DNA of 53,541 nucleotides from a virus (Duplodnaviria; Caudoviricetes): IMG/VR virus record IMGVR_UViG_3300031673_012906, positions 1 to 53,541 of that record; one strand, 5' to 3'. Shown piece by piece: positions 29,033 to 38,515 of this stretch (position 1 is its first letter; each line of letters starts with the position of its first letter). The notes under the pieces were generated by a model. It saw only the letters and a program-made list of their open reading frames with translations, ran no database searches and was not told where the DNA came from. The position numbers and the translations under genes were made by a program.

Positions 29033-29464
29033 TTAAACGGTAAAAATGTCCCAATCATCCTCTGCAACTGCACTGGGGGAAACAGACAGGTCTTTAGCAG
29101 TTAAGCCTAAACTATCTTCTATTTCGTTTCTTTGGTGAGGGGCAACGTATTGATTGAACTCTGATGTAGGGTTATAATCTAATTCCGGTTCATCGTCCAC
29201 TGTGTATAAATGGTTGTATCTTTCTCTAGAATTTTTGAGGAAATTTAATACTTCATTACCCATTGAATGTGCTGTCATAGCAGCCATATCATTAAATGTG
29301 TCTAATGCAGGTACTTTTTGTTCTTCTCTGAAACGGTCAACCCTAATAATAAAATCACCATAATTTTCGGTTATGGCCTTGAAACCTTTTTCAATTGTCT
29401 CGATAAGAACTTTATTATCGTCTGTTTTTAATCGATTCAGGAAATTTTCAAATTTATTCTGCAT
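29033..29464 (-). CDS. acidic protein with N-terminal KFENFLNRLK motif
   Basis: TATAAACT 5 nt before ATG. Confidence 0.75.
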   Translation of the reverse strand: MQNKFENFLNRLKTDDNKVLIETIEKGFKAITENYGDFIIRVDRFREEQKVPALDTFNDMAAMTAHSMGNEVLNFLKNSRERYNHLYTVDDEPELDYNPTSEFNQYVAPHQRNEIEDSLGLTAKDLSVSPSAVAEDDWDIFTV

Positions 29465-29478
29465 ATTTAAGTTTATAT

Positions 29479-29841
29479 TTATTCTTCAACGGAAACGCTT
29501 TCTACAAAACCATCAGAATCAAATTGGATTTTTGCCATCATAACGAGTGTTCTATTTTCCACCTTATAATAATTCCATGTTTCTTTGTGTTTTTCTGTTT
29601 CTTCATCCCTTGCTCTATATATTTGGTCTGGACTTCCATAAAGTGAAAAAACAAGCTCCTGCTTCATACCAATGCATGGGATGCCTTGCTTGAAACTATC
29701 TTTGATTTCTTGTGTTAAACCCCATCCATTTTGGATGATATAAAATTCTCGTTCTGCTGGTGGGAGTCCACGGCTTACTAACGGCGCATTTGATGAACAC
29801 GCTAATACCAAAAGGATTAAAAGTATTTTAAAACGAAACAT
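29479..29841 (-). CDS. putative lipoprotein, SmpA/OmlA-like
   Basis: lipobox VLAC; IGMKQELVFSLYGSP...WNY. Confidence 0.7.
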   Translation of the reverse strand: MFRFKILLILLVLACSSNAPLVSRGLPPAEREFYIIQNGWGLTQEIKDSFKQGIPCIGMKQELVFSLYGSPDQIYRARDEETEKHKETWNYYKVENRTLVMMAKIQFDSDGFVESVSVEE

Positions 29842-29883
29842 GATTCCTACTTGTGTTTATAAGATAGGAATATGTTTTTTACT

Positions 29884-30600
29884 TTAAAATTTATCTCTAA
29901 CGCCTTTGAATTTTAATAATGTTGGGGGTCTGCCTTTAACTATTTCAGACTTTTGTTTCGTTTCTTCTATTATATACATGGTATTAAATTTTCGTCTGAA
30001 ATTTGGGCTGATAAGTTCCTTTCCAAGAACCGCTTCACATACTTCCTGAAGCTCTGTCCATGTAAACGTTTTTCCTACTAATTCAAAGGCTATTGGTTTA
30101 TTCATAATATCTTCTTTTAACTTTTTTATTAAATCTTTTACAATGATATTATGATCAAACCCCATTTTTTTGGGAACTTTTCGGATGTTATACCATTTTG
30201 TTTCTAGTATATCATCTTTGCCTTTGATTTCCTGCTCCAATATTTTATTGGAAGTAAGTGTATAAAAGGCTGTTGTTATGGTTACATTTCTAGGGTCTCT
30301 TTTAGGATTGCTGTATGTCCCCAATTGACGTATAGACATGCCTTTTACATTGGTTTCTTCTTCCAATTCCCTGTTAGCAGCTTGTTCAAGTGATTCCTTC
30401 CCGATGGTACAATAACCACCCGGAAGAACCCAATAATATTGATATGGGGGGTCTGCCCTTTTACCTAAAAGAATTTTTAATGTGCCATCAATAATAGTAC
30501 ATATGCCTATATCAACGGTATTATTTGCACAAGGGTATTTGCCTTTATCATAATTAGTACCCTTTTTATTTAGGTGTTTACCTTCTGCTGATTTTTTCAT
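29884..30600 (-). CDS. nrtR: NrtR-family regulator (NUDIX + winged HTH)
   Basis: LPGG...ESLEQAANRELEEET, RDPR, FDH, NFRRK, GRPP. Confidence 0.88.
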   Translation of the reverse strand: MKKSAEGKHLNKKGTNYDKGKYPCANNTVDIGICTIIDGTLKILLGKRADPPYQYYWVLPGGYCTIGKESLEQAANRELEEETNVKGMSIRQLGTYSNPKRDPRNVTITTAFYTLTSNKILEQEIKGKDDILETKWYNIRKVPKKMGFDHNIIVKDLIKKLKEDIMNKPIAFELVGKTFTWTELQEVCEAVLGKELISPNFRRKFNTMYIIEETKQKSEIVKGRPPTLLKFKGVRDKF

Positions 30601-30602
30601 CG

Positions 30603-31451
30603 TTATGCTGCCTTCAACAACTCTTCCCTTGGAATATTATAAGGATTATTCCTTTTGAATTCTGTTGCTTTAAAACGTAAAATTATGGGATGTTTTTCTA
30701 CGGATGTGTCACCGTTACGATATCTGGTAAGTATTTCATCAGCTTCGGCGTATGTGGCCACACCAAGCTGATCTAAGTCGCTATTGCTGATTCCTAACCC
30801 ATCGGTGGGGTTAGCCAAAATACACTGGTACAGGGCATCCTTGGCTTCTGGAGATATGCCCTCATAATTGTTTTCGCAGATATATTTAGCAAGTCCATAA
30901 ACCTCAGTTTTCCACAGGTTCTGAATCATCCCATAGTCACCGACATCACCATGCAGCGTCCAAAAACCAGCCAATAATTCGGTAAAATTATCTGTGGAAA
31001 GAACCATTCCATCGTAATGTCTGGCAATATCATAGAGATACATCATTCTTATTCTGGCCTTGATGTTCCCTTTTCGTATTTTAATTTGGTTTTCATAATT
31101 TTCAGTTAACCCACCATCTCTATAGGAAATTTCATCTTCCATTATGTATGGGTAAAATTTTTGATACATCTCTGTTAAATCTTTTTCCTCAAAATCGGTG
31201 CAAAAGAAATAACCTATTCTTTCGGCTCTTATACGTTCATCATCTTTATTTGTTTCAATGGGAATGCTTCTCCCTATCAAACGAGTATTAATAGATGGTA
31301 TGTCGCAAACTGGTTTTGCGAGAACTGTGCATAATGCACTATCAATACCACCGGATTCACCAATAACCAATGCTTTAATTTTATCATTGATAATCTTTGT
31401 ACGTAAATTCTCGTGTATATTACTGATTACCCTGCTATAATCCGTTATCAT
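30603..31451 (-). CDS. nadE: NH3-dependent NAD+ synthetase (start probably MITDYS)
   Basis: SGGIDS, NIKARIRM, TDNFTE, GFWTLHGD, KTEVY; GGAGG RBS. Confidence 0.93.
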   Translation of the reverse strand: MITDYSRVISNIHENLRTKIINDKIKALVIGESGGIDSALCTVLAKPVCDIPSINTRLIGRSIPIETNKDDERIRAERIGYFFCTDFEEKDLTEMYQKFYPYIMEDEISYRDGGLTENYENQIKIRKGNIKARIRMMYLYDIARHYDGMVLSTDNFTELLAGFWTLHGDVGDYGMIQNLWKTEVYGLAKYICENNYEGISPEAKDALYQCILANPTDGLGISNSDLDQLGVATYAEADEILTRYRNGDTSVEKHPIILRFKATEFKRNNPYNIPREELLKAA

Positions 31452-31452
31452 A

Positions 31453-31932
31453 TTATTTCCTCCCAAAAATATAAAAGTTATCAACTATCAGATGTGACAT
31501 GTAACCCAGAAAACTTGCAATGTAATATGCTAAGAAATATTTTTCATAACCGAAGTGAATAAATATAAAATAAGCTGGTATTGGTGCTAGTCCTCCAACC
31601 CAAATATTATGAGTGAAGCCCCGGTGTTTAAACAATTGCGGTAACATCGCTAAAAATGATAACGAACAACCTAACTTATAATACCCCAGATAATAAAATC
31701 CAACTAATGTTAACATAACTAGAAGGTAGACAATTTTTGAACTCACAGATTTTATGTCAATATCTGGTAACAATGCAAATATAAAAGCAGCGGGAGCAGA
31801 AAATAGTATGATCTTTATTATTGATTCGGTATCAAGGGTTCCCACCGTTTCTTTATATATGTATAGATTGAGTGCTGTTGCAGCACACGCAACAACCAAC
31901 CCTGCATTTCTATGTGTTTTAAACCCACTCAT
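31453..31932 (-). CDS. membrane-bound metal-dependent hydrolase (YdjM-like)
   Basis: TH, LPDID, HRGFTH, SHLIVD. Confidence 0.85.
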   Translation of the reverse strand: MSGFKTHRNAGLVVACAATALNLYIYKETVGTLDTESIIKIILFSAPAAFIFALLPDIDIKSVSSKIVYLLVMLTLVGFYYLGYYKLGCSLSFLAMLPQLFKHRGFTHNIWVGGLAPIPAYFIFIHFGYEKYFLAYYIASFLGYMSHLIVDNFYIFGRK

Positions 31933-32144
31933 TTTATCATTAACTCGACTATTTTTTCTTTGAGTTTTTTACCTTCTTCTATTGAATCAAATGTTAATGT
32001 ATACTTATCATTAATAAGCAATTTAAATCCCTTTCCAAATGTGGGACTTGTAAAAATTTTTCCAACATGAACTATGTTGGCTATTTTAATCACCCCATCA
32101 GGATATGTTATTATTTTGTCATCAACTATGGCTACGTTGCTCAT
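31929..32144 (-). CDS. small hypothetical protein
   Basis: ATGA overlaps. Confidence 0.6.
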   Translation of the reverse strand: MSNVAIVDDKIITYPDGVIKIANIVHVGKIFTSPTFGKGFKLLINDKYTLTFDSIEEGKKLKEKIVELMIK

Positions 32145-32647
32145 TTTGTAAAATCCTTTTTTGTTAACAGTTGTTGATATTCTAAAAATTTTCTGAGATC
32201 AGTTAAATTTTCTCCAAGCCAATTGGTGCCTCTCCATGTGCTTCTATCTTGAGCTTTGGGATTGTCTGCACCCAAACCAATGCCCCATATACGGTCACGG
32301 GGGCTGGCTTCAACTAATGTAGTTCCTGTGGTTTGTAATAAACCCTTTTTCTCATTCTCGTTTTGGGTAAACTTCGCATAACTACCAATGAACACAATTT
32401 TTTTGGCATGCGCATTCCAGATTTTTTCATTAAAACCCTGTACATCCCGACCAGCAGCTTTTTGATCTCTGGGTTCTTTAAGTCCCATGATTTTCACCAA
32501 TGCTTTTTTATCATTAAACAATCGTGCTTTAGAAGCCATCATGTATTGTTCAGCACAATTGTAAACAGTTCTGTCAATTGTAAATTGACAAGGATGCCAC
32601 TGACTGAAAATCCCATGCCAAAAAAATGTAAATTTTTCCTGTTCCAT
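32141..32647 (-). CDS. NADAR-family hydrolase (start probably MEQEKF)
   Basis: FSQW, AEQYMMASKA, KFTQN, LVEASPRDRIWGIG, WRGTNWLG. Confidence 0.93.
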   Translation of the reverse strand: MEQEKFTFFWHGIFSQWHPCQFTIDRTVYNCAEQYMMASKARLFNDKKALVKIMGLKEPRDQKAAGRDVQGFNEKIWNAHAKKIVFIGSYAKFTQNENEKKGLLQTTGTTLVEASPRDRIWGIGLGADNPKAQDRSTWRGTNWLGENLTDLRKFLEYQQLLTKKDFTK

Positions 32648-32657
32648 TATTTCTCCT

Positions 32658-32879
32658 TTAGGCTTCTGGTAATTCGGATGCTTCAATTGAAATTCTTTCG
32701 ATACGATGGTAGGGGATAAATTCCATCACACCATTTTTGTTGGTACGATATACACCGTCTTTACTCAAAATTTTCACCTTATCCTTCAAATCGTTTAAAG
32801 GATTAGTATCTCCTATGGTTATCGTTTCATCAACTGAAGAACCACCAATTAAATGAACTGTTACTTTTTTATCTGCCAT
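32658..32879 (-). CDS. small hypothetical protein
   Basis: ORF track, operon packing. Confidence 0.6.
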   Translation of the reverse strand: MADKKVTVHLIGGSSVDETITIGDTNPLNDLKDKVKILSKDGVYRTNKNGVMEFIPYHRIERISIEASELPEA

Positions 32880-32890
32880 GTTAAAATTCC

Positions 32891-33769
32891 TTATGTTGTA
32901 ATTTTGGTTAAAAGCTCTTTGATTTCTTCCGCTGATTTTAATTTATCAACCCATCGTTTTGGTATTGCTTCATAGCCATAATAAGCACCCAACAAGGCAC
33001 CAGTTACGGCACCACCCGTGTCTGCATCATCGCCCCTGTTAATGATGGAAAGAACACCCGTTTCAAAATCAGGACAGTTGTGTAACGCCCATAAAGCTGC
33101 GCCTAAACTATGTATGCACCATCCAGAATTAGGCAATTTATCCCACTTCAGAGTTCGGCATGTTTCTAAATAATCTCTTGCAATTTTAAATTGGTCGATA
33201 TCTTTCCCAACCTTGGGATCTTTAAAAAAATCTAGTACAGAAAATTGTTTCATATTATATCCGGCTAGAACCCAATATAAAAGGCTAACAAAACATACAT
33301 CGGTTTCAACACATATTGGATGACCATGGGTTAATTTAGATTGGCTTCTAATTTCTTTAGGGTTTATATCATCTAAAAGTGCTAAAGGCGCACAACGCAT
33401 TATGGAACCGTTCCCCTGAGAAGCCGTATGTGTCATACCACATTCTTCTAACATTTCACCCTTTTCAATATTGGCTATTCCCATGCGAGTTGTGTTTCCA
33501 ATATCAGGTGGGTTTGTATGTTTCCATTTTACGAGATTTTGTGCAATATCGTGCAACTCAAATTTTTTATTTTTAGCAATGCTCCTAAGTAGGCATAACA
33601 TTAAATCTGTATCATCACTTCCCACACCAGCGGGGAATCCAAACGCACCACCCCCAACAATTTCATCATACCAACCATCTTCGGTTCTGGCTTTTGTAAA
33701 TTCCAATGGGATACCAAGGCAATCACCTACATGCAGCCCAATTAACATTCCTAATTTTTTATCATCCAT
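32891..33769 (-). CDS. ADP-ribosylglycohydrolase (ARH/DraG family; start probably MDDKK)
   Basis: GDCLG, SDDT, GNGSIMR, TH, GDDADT. Confidence 0.95.
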   Translation of the reverse strand: MDDKKLGMLIGLHVGDCLGIPLEFTKARTEDGWYDEIVGGGAFGFPAGVGSDDTDLMLCLLRSIAKNKKFELHDIAQNLVKWKHTNPPDIGNTTRMGIANIEKGEMLEECGMTHTASQGNGSIMRCAPLALLDDINPKEIRSQSKLTHGHPICVETDVCFVSLLYWVLAGYNMKQFSVLDFFKDPKVGKDIDQFKIARDYLETCRTLKWDKLPNSGWCIHSLGAALWALHNCPDFETGVLSIINRGDDADTGGAVTGALLGAYYGYEAIPKRWVDKLKSAEEIKELLTKITT

Positions 33770-33917
33770 TATTCCTCTCCTGTGCCTTTCTTCTTTTCTC
33801 TTCATACCTATCAAGGGCAGATAGAAGAATGTGCTCCGCTAACGAGGGAGCTTGTTTAAACTGTTCTTTCTGTTTAAACTGTTCTTTCTCGTGATTAGTG
33901 TCTTTTTTGACTTCCAT
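33762..33917 (-). CDS. 51-aa hypothetical protein with KEQFKQ duplication
   Basis: AAGGA RBS; 18-bp tandem repeat at 33853-33888; not in ORF track. Confidence 0.5.
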   Translation of the reverse strand: MEVKKDTNHEKEQFKQKEQFKQAPSLAEHILLSALDRYEEKRRKAQERNNG

Positions 33918-33926
33918 TTTTTCCTT

Positions 33927-34097
33927 TTATTTACAACTACTACAATTATACCTTCCACAGAATGGGCATCCTTCTTCATAAAAACCGTCTTTATTCTTTT
34001 CATTAACAGGTATTTTTGTTCCTTTATGAACTAGAGTTGGTTCAGTTCCCATGTGACCGCCAATCCATTCTGTTTTGTTGTCCCTATCATCTTTCAT
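33927..34097 (-). CDS. 56-aa Zn-finger protein (CPFC..CSSC)
   Basis: ATGA overlap with kinase stop; not in ORF track. Confidence 0.55.
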   Translation of the reverse strand: MKDDRDNKTEWIGGHMGTEPTLVHKGTKIPVNEKNKDGFYEEGCPFCGRYNCSSCK

Positions 34098-35806
34098 TTT
34101 GATTTCACGCTTTGAAGTTGATTATCATTAACAAATAAAATTCTATCTACACCGTCATATAAATGCATATCCAATTCAACGGGGGAATCTTTTACTTCTT
34201 GAAATCCGTTAGCATTGATGTTATAAAATAGTTCCAGTGTATTTTCTTCTTTGACTGTAACAGCCATACCTTTTTGATTTACCATAAAATTAACGGTTTG
34301 GTAATTAATATCTTGATCGCCCCGTAGTTCGTATGTTGTAAATTCTTTTCTGAAGTAAAAAACGAAACGGTCAAATTTACTATCCTTTTCACCTATGACG
34401 ATGCAGAATCTTCCGATTCGTTTAGCATCTATAATTCGATAACCATCCAATTCAGGAATGTTAACATTAGAACACATTTTGTGTTCGTAAGGTATCGAAA
34501 ACATTGCTTTACCAAAACAATCTTGAATAATTAAACCTGTAAACATCTGAAATGGCCCGACAATGTTACCAACCGCCCTTGGTAGGTGGATAACTCTACC
34601 CATTTTATCGAAGGTATTTTCAACAATTTCATTTTGATAAATGGTATATATAGAACCATTACATTCCATAATATCACTATCGGTTTTTGTTCTGCTTATT
34701 TCCTTTCGTTGTAAATCAAAGAATCCAACGTTTTCACCCGTTTTAACTGCGATAATTGGTTCGCCACCCAACACATTTGCTAACCGAATGTTTTTTGGTT
34801 TTTGGGTAAATGTGAATATTTCTGTATCCCTTTGATAGATGGCCTTAGTGGTAATTACATAACGCTTCTGATTGAAATTATATACATCAATTATAGCATC
34901 ATCATACTTGTAAACAACATCAACAATAAGCCCACCGCTACTGATAACAGCAACAGGTTTGGCACCAACAAATAAACCGGAACCATCTGCAAAAGGTGGT
35001 ACGCTGCGTTCGTTCTTTATAAAAATTAATTTATACCAATCCAGATGTTTGGGTGGGATATATACTTCAAAATCTCTAAGTGATTTTACCAACTTAACAT
35101 CTTTATCAAACACCGAAATACTTTTTTCCATCCGGCCTTCCAAATCATCATTTTCGAAATCTGGATGGTTCCCATTAAAAGGATGTAAACCTGTGTATAG
35201 CCTGAAAGTAACCACTGCCCATGAGAACCAATCACTTAGTTCATTGAATTGACCGAAGGGAAGTAACCTGTCTCTAACACTTGGAGAAATGGCATCACAG
35301 TTAAAATTTTTTGTTTTATATGAATCGACATCAATGTTATATGTTATTTGATATTTTTTATCCGTTAGAAAATTCATTTCATTATAATCACCAACAAGGG
35401 AACCATTTACGCTATGTACGTAGATAAGGGTTTCCTGCATGTGCTTTACAAGATTAGCAGCCATTTCCGGTGTGATACCATTTTCTTTTTTAAATTTTCT
35501 TGAGCATATCCTAATTAAAAATTCGGTGTCGCTTATATAAGGCATTGTGAAACCGATGGGTTTTTTCTTTTTAGGATCGTATATCACATCTTTTGGCCCA
35601 AGGATATTTGGTCTGTCTAACGCTCTTAGTTCCAAAATTTTTTGTTCGGGTATCATGTCTTTTGGATCATGATATATCTTACATGCCATGTTTTTATATT
35701 TGAAAACCTTTGCTTGACCACCCATAGCAATATAATCATCCAACGTAACTACTGGCTGCTTACCCGCAATTAATGCTTTTACTTTTTTACCCGGATTAAC
35801 TGGCAT
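34094..35806 (-). CDS. Ser/Thr protein kinase (YegI/TerY-P type) with beta-rich C-terminal region
   Basis: AMGGQAKV, ACKIY, GDYNEMNFL, IDVDS, SDWFSW, GLHPF. Confidence 0.88.
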   Translation of the reverse strand: MPVNPGKKVKALIAGKQPVVTLDDYIAMGGQAKVFKYKNMACKIYHDPKDMIPEQKILELRALDRPNILGPKDVIYDPKKKKPIGFTMPYISDTEFLIRICSRKFKKENGITPEMAANLVKHMQETLIYVHSVNGSLVGDYNEMNFLTDKKYQITYNIDVDSYKTKNFNCDAISPSVRDRLLPFGQFNELSDWFSWAVVTFRLYTGLHPFNGNHPDFENDDLEGRMEKSISVFDKDVKLVKSLRDFEVYIPPKHLDWYKLIFIKNERSVPPFADGSGLFVGAKPVAVISSGGLIVDVVYKYDDAIIDVYNFNQKRYVITTKAIYQRDTEIFTFTQKPKNIRLANVLGGEPIIAVKTGENVGFFDLQRKEISRTKTDSDIMECNGSIYTIYQNEIVENTFDKMGRVIHLPRAVGNIVGPFQMFTGLIIQDCFGKAMFSIPYEHKMCSNVNIPELDGYRIIDAKRIGRFCIVIGEKDSKFDRFVFYFRKEFTTYELRGDQDINYQTVNFMVNQKGMAVTVKEENTLELFYNINANGFQEVKDSPVELDMHLYDGVDRILFVNDNQLQSVKSK

Positions 35807-36680
35807 GGTTTACCTTTAAGGTAGCTGAAGAAATATCATCAAAGTGTTGAGCTTGGATTTTTTCCATTTCTAATTTTAGTCTATCCATTCTTCTTCTCAC
35901 AAACTTACCGTGGGTTTTTTTATACGCAACTGTGTTGAATGCTACTTCAGGCGTGGTAATAAAATTCTTTTCTTCGGGTGTGGGTTCTTCAAGTTTTTTA
36001 GGATTAAATTCATATGTTTCAATACCATCGCTGGATAAAGAAATGAAATCAATTTTTTTAATATCACCTGTGTGTATTAAGGGGGCAGTAGATTCGGTGG
36101 TAATAATGTTTGATAAATATCCCGTGTCTTTGTATGTTCGGAGGTTAACTGTTCGTTCTGCACCACCAAATTTTTCGTCATCCATGTAACTATGTTTCCG
36201 TAATACATCCATTTCGTAGGATAAATAATATGGAGCATTACTGGCGTAGTTGATATTAAACCACGCACTAGTACCATTGGTACGTTTGATAATTATATTA
36301 CCATCACCATATCCGATGATAAAATATTTGCCCTTAGTCGCAATTGCCATTAATAAGGTGGCATCGCAAATTTGATAGGAAAGCCCAAATTGAGCAACGG
36401 TATTTTTTGAGTAGAATATGATATCCATTTTTATACATGCTACCAATTGTTCCAACGATAAATTTTCTATTAAACTGCCATGATATGCATTCTTAATTGC
36501 TTTCTCTGCACTAAAGGATATAATTCTGGAACCAAGATCAGTCTTAGGCGAGGATGTACATCCATCAGATATAATTACATACGCAAGTTCCCCATCTCCG
36601 AATTTACCTTCTAGGGCGTAATCTTCACATATGTTATGACCATTTCCTAATTCAATATAGGAATCAACATTAAAATTCAT
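35796..36680 (-). CDS. PP2C-like phosphatase (YegK type; start probably MNFNVD)
   Basis: CEDY, SDGC, GDG, SSDG, FDD. Confidence 0.88.
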   Translation of the reverse strand: MNFNVDSYIELGNGHNICEDYALEGKFGDGELAYVIISDGCTSSPKTDLGSRIISFSAEKAIKNAYHGSLIENLSLEQLVACIKMDIIFYSKNTVAQFGLSYQICDATLLMAIATKGKYFIIGYGDGNIIIKRTNGTSAWFNINYASNAPYYLSYEMDVLRKHSYMDDEKFGGAERTVNLRTYKDTGYLSNIITTESTAPLIHTGDIKKIDFISLSSDGIETYEFNPKKLEEPTPEEKNFITTPEVAFNTVAYKKTHGKFVRRRMDRLKLEMEKIQAQHFDDISSATLKVNHAS

Positions 36681-36695
36681 ATGACGTTCCTTTTG

Positions 36696-36721
36696 AAATG
36701 GGGGAGTAAACCCCCCCATTT
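36696..36721 (-). other. GC-rich intergenic hairpin between vWA and PP2C genes
   Basis: AAATGGGGG...CCCCCATTT. Confidence 0.6.
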
Positions 36722-36724
36722 ACA

Positions 36725-37465
36725 TTAAAGGCTGAAGCTTGGGTTTGCTACTGGTTTCGATGGCATACCTGTCTGAATATTTTGTGATGTGCTGGAAACA
36801 CTCTGGCTTATCCATCCAACAACTTTGGCCAGATTTTTTCCGGTAAAATTGGCACAATCAAGAAATTTACTGAACATTCCATCTTTTCTGAATTGCTCAA
36901 GTTCATCTTTATATTCGGCTGCATTTACACCAATCAAAAAAGGTTCAACTATTCCCATCTGTTCATTTCTTTTAATTCTTGTGTAAGCATCTTTAATCTT
37001 AGATGCGGGGTGCTTGGAATCGTTTTCCCATCCATCAGTAACAACGAAGAACACTGCGTTGACTTTGTATTCATCATCGATCAGTTTTTGGGCATATGTT
37101 TCGATTGCTTCAATAGAATTTAAAGTAGCATCAATGAGCGGGGTCATTCCATCGGGTTCAACGCACCCATCATATATAGATGGATCAATAGTACTCAACA
37201 GTTTGAAACCATGTACTTCCTTGATGTTATTGGGAATATAGGAATTGAAAGTAATCACACGAAGCATTACCATTTCAGGACATGGTATATCATCTACACA
37301 TGCCTTGTGTATTTCTTTCATTGCTTTTTCAATAAGCCCTTTGAAATCATCAACGGAAGTTGTTGCGTCCAATGCAACTTGAACCAATGTATATCTGTCA
37401 TCTAACAGATCTTCAATTTCTTCCGTGCTGAACTCAAAGCCAGATGTTGTGCTTAGACTATCCAT
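36725..37465 (-). CDS. vWA domain protein (TerY/YegL-like)
   Basis: MIDAS DATTS, GMTPLIDA, VTDG. Confidence 0.88.
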   Translation of the reverse strand: MDSLSTTSGFEFSTEEIEDLLDDRYTLVQVALDATTSVDDFKGLIEKAMKEIHKACVDDIPCPEMVMLRVITFNSYIPNNIKEVHGFKLLSTIDPSIYDGCVEPDGMTPLIDATLNSIEAIETYAQKLIDDEYKVNAVFFVVTDGWENDSKHPASKIKDAYTRIKRNEQMGIVEPFLIGVNAAEYKDELEQFRKDGMFSKFLDCANFTGKNLAKVVGWISQSVSSTSQNIQTGMPSKPVANPSFSL

Positions 37466-37495
37466 TTTTTAGCTCCTTCTTAGGTTAATTAAATT

Positions 37496-38335
37496 TTAAT
37501 ATCCAAAATAGTTTTCTGTGGTCGCCAGTTTGAGTCCTTTGTCTTTCATTTCACTTACGAATTCTTCACCCTGTGGTGTAAAGTCCACAATACCGGGGAT
37601 AATTACAGGGCTGGAAGCGTCTGTCAAAAGTGTGAACTTCTTTAATTGATCTACATCAAATTGTTCAACTACATCACGCATGGTAGCTGCAACGCAGTGA
37701 GATAAAGCCTGTCCTGCAAATACTATTTCACAGTCATCTTCTTTTAGGATGTTGATCAATGCTTCGTTGAGCATGGTGTTTCTCTCACCGGGGCGAATAA
37801 CTTCCGCTTTAACAGCACTGTAGTGTTCAACAAATGGGTTGGAACCTTTTGTTATCATATTTGCTTTATGATATTTTCTTTCCCACTCATTGATGGCTTT
37901 TACAACGGGTTCCACCATACACCATCCCCAAGTACCAATGATACAGTGTTCGGGCCAAATCTGAACGTTGTATTTTTTACGTGGGTCATCTACCGTCTGG
38001 GTTTCCAGCTTTTCAGTATATTCCAATGCCCAAGATTGATATTTGGGATTGGCAGATCTAAACGCACCATCTAAAACAGATTGGTGGGATATTTGAGTTC
38101 CGGGGTCGGGGTGATTATTGTTTTCATCCAACCACCAAACACCGTGTCCAACGTGGATGACGCTGTGAGAATCCAAGGTACAGGTGATTTTTTTGAATTC
38201 CCCGTTATATTTTTCAATGAACTTTGCTGTGCGCTCACAGTCTTTTTCAGCATTTGCAACATAAAGTGCTGCCTTATTTGGTATGCAAAAATCATTCTGC
38301 ACATCAATCAAAAACAAGTGAATATTCTTATCCAT
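37496..38335 (-). CDS. pncA: nicotinamidase / isochorismatase family
   Basis: IDVQNDF, DSH, WPEHC, KG, GQALSHCV. Confidence 0.88.
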   Translation of the reverse strand: MDKNIHLFLIDVQNDFCIPNKAALYVANAEKDCERTAKFIEKYNGEFKKITCTLDSHSVIHVGHGVWWLDENNNHPDPGTQISHQSVLDGAFRSANPKYQSWALEYTEKLETQTVDDPRKKYNVQIWPEHCIIGTWGWCMVEPVVKAINEWERKYHKANMITKGSNPFVEHYSAVKAEVIRPGERNTMLNEALINILKEDDCEIVFAGQALSHCVAATMRDVVEQFDVDQLKKFTLLTDASSPVIIPGIVDFTPQGEEFVSEMKDKGLKLATTENYFGY

Positions 38336-38398
38336 TTTTTAACTCCTTTTTATTGTTGTTGTACTTTTTATCATTTTGATAATAAACCTATACAATTA

Positions 38399-38427
38399 AA
38401 TATAAACCTTTTTTTTCAAAAATGCAA
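38399..38427 (-). promoter_or_regulatory. promoter TTGCAT-N17-TATATT for the pncA operon
   Basis: hexamers and spacer. Confidence 0.7.
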
Positions 38428-38515
38428 ACATTTTTTATCAAAATAATAAAAAATACTTGACTTAAGAGATAAATGGTGTTTTTGGATAAATTTCTAAGGG
38501 TATTTTATAATATTT

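Noticed and set aside
33853-33888. 18-bp tandem repeat as CRISPR or regulatory repeat
   Set aside because: two adjacent copies, no spacer, in-frame coding duplication
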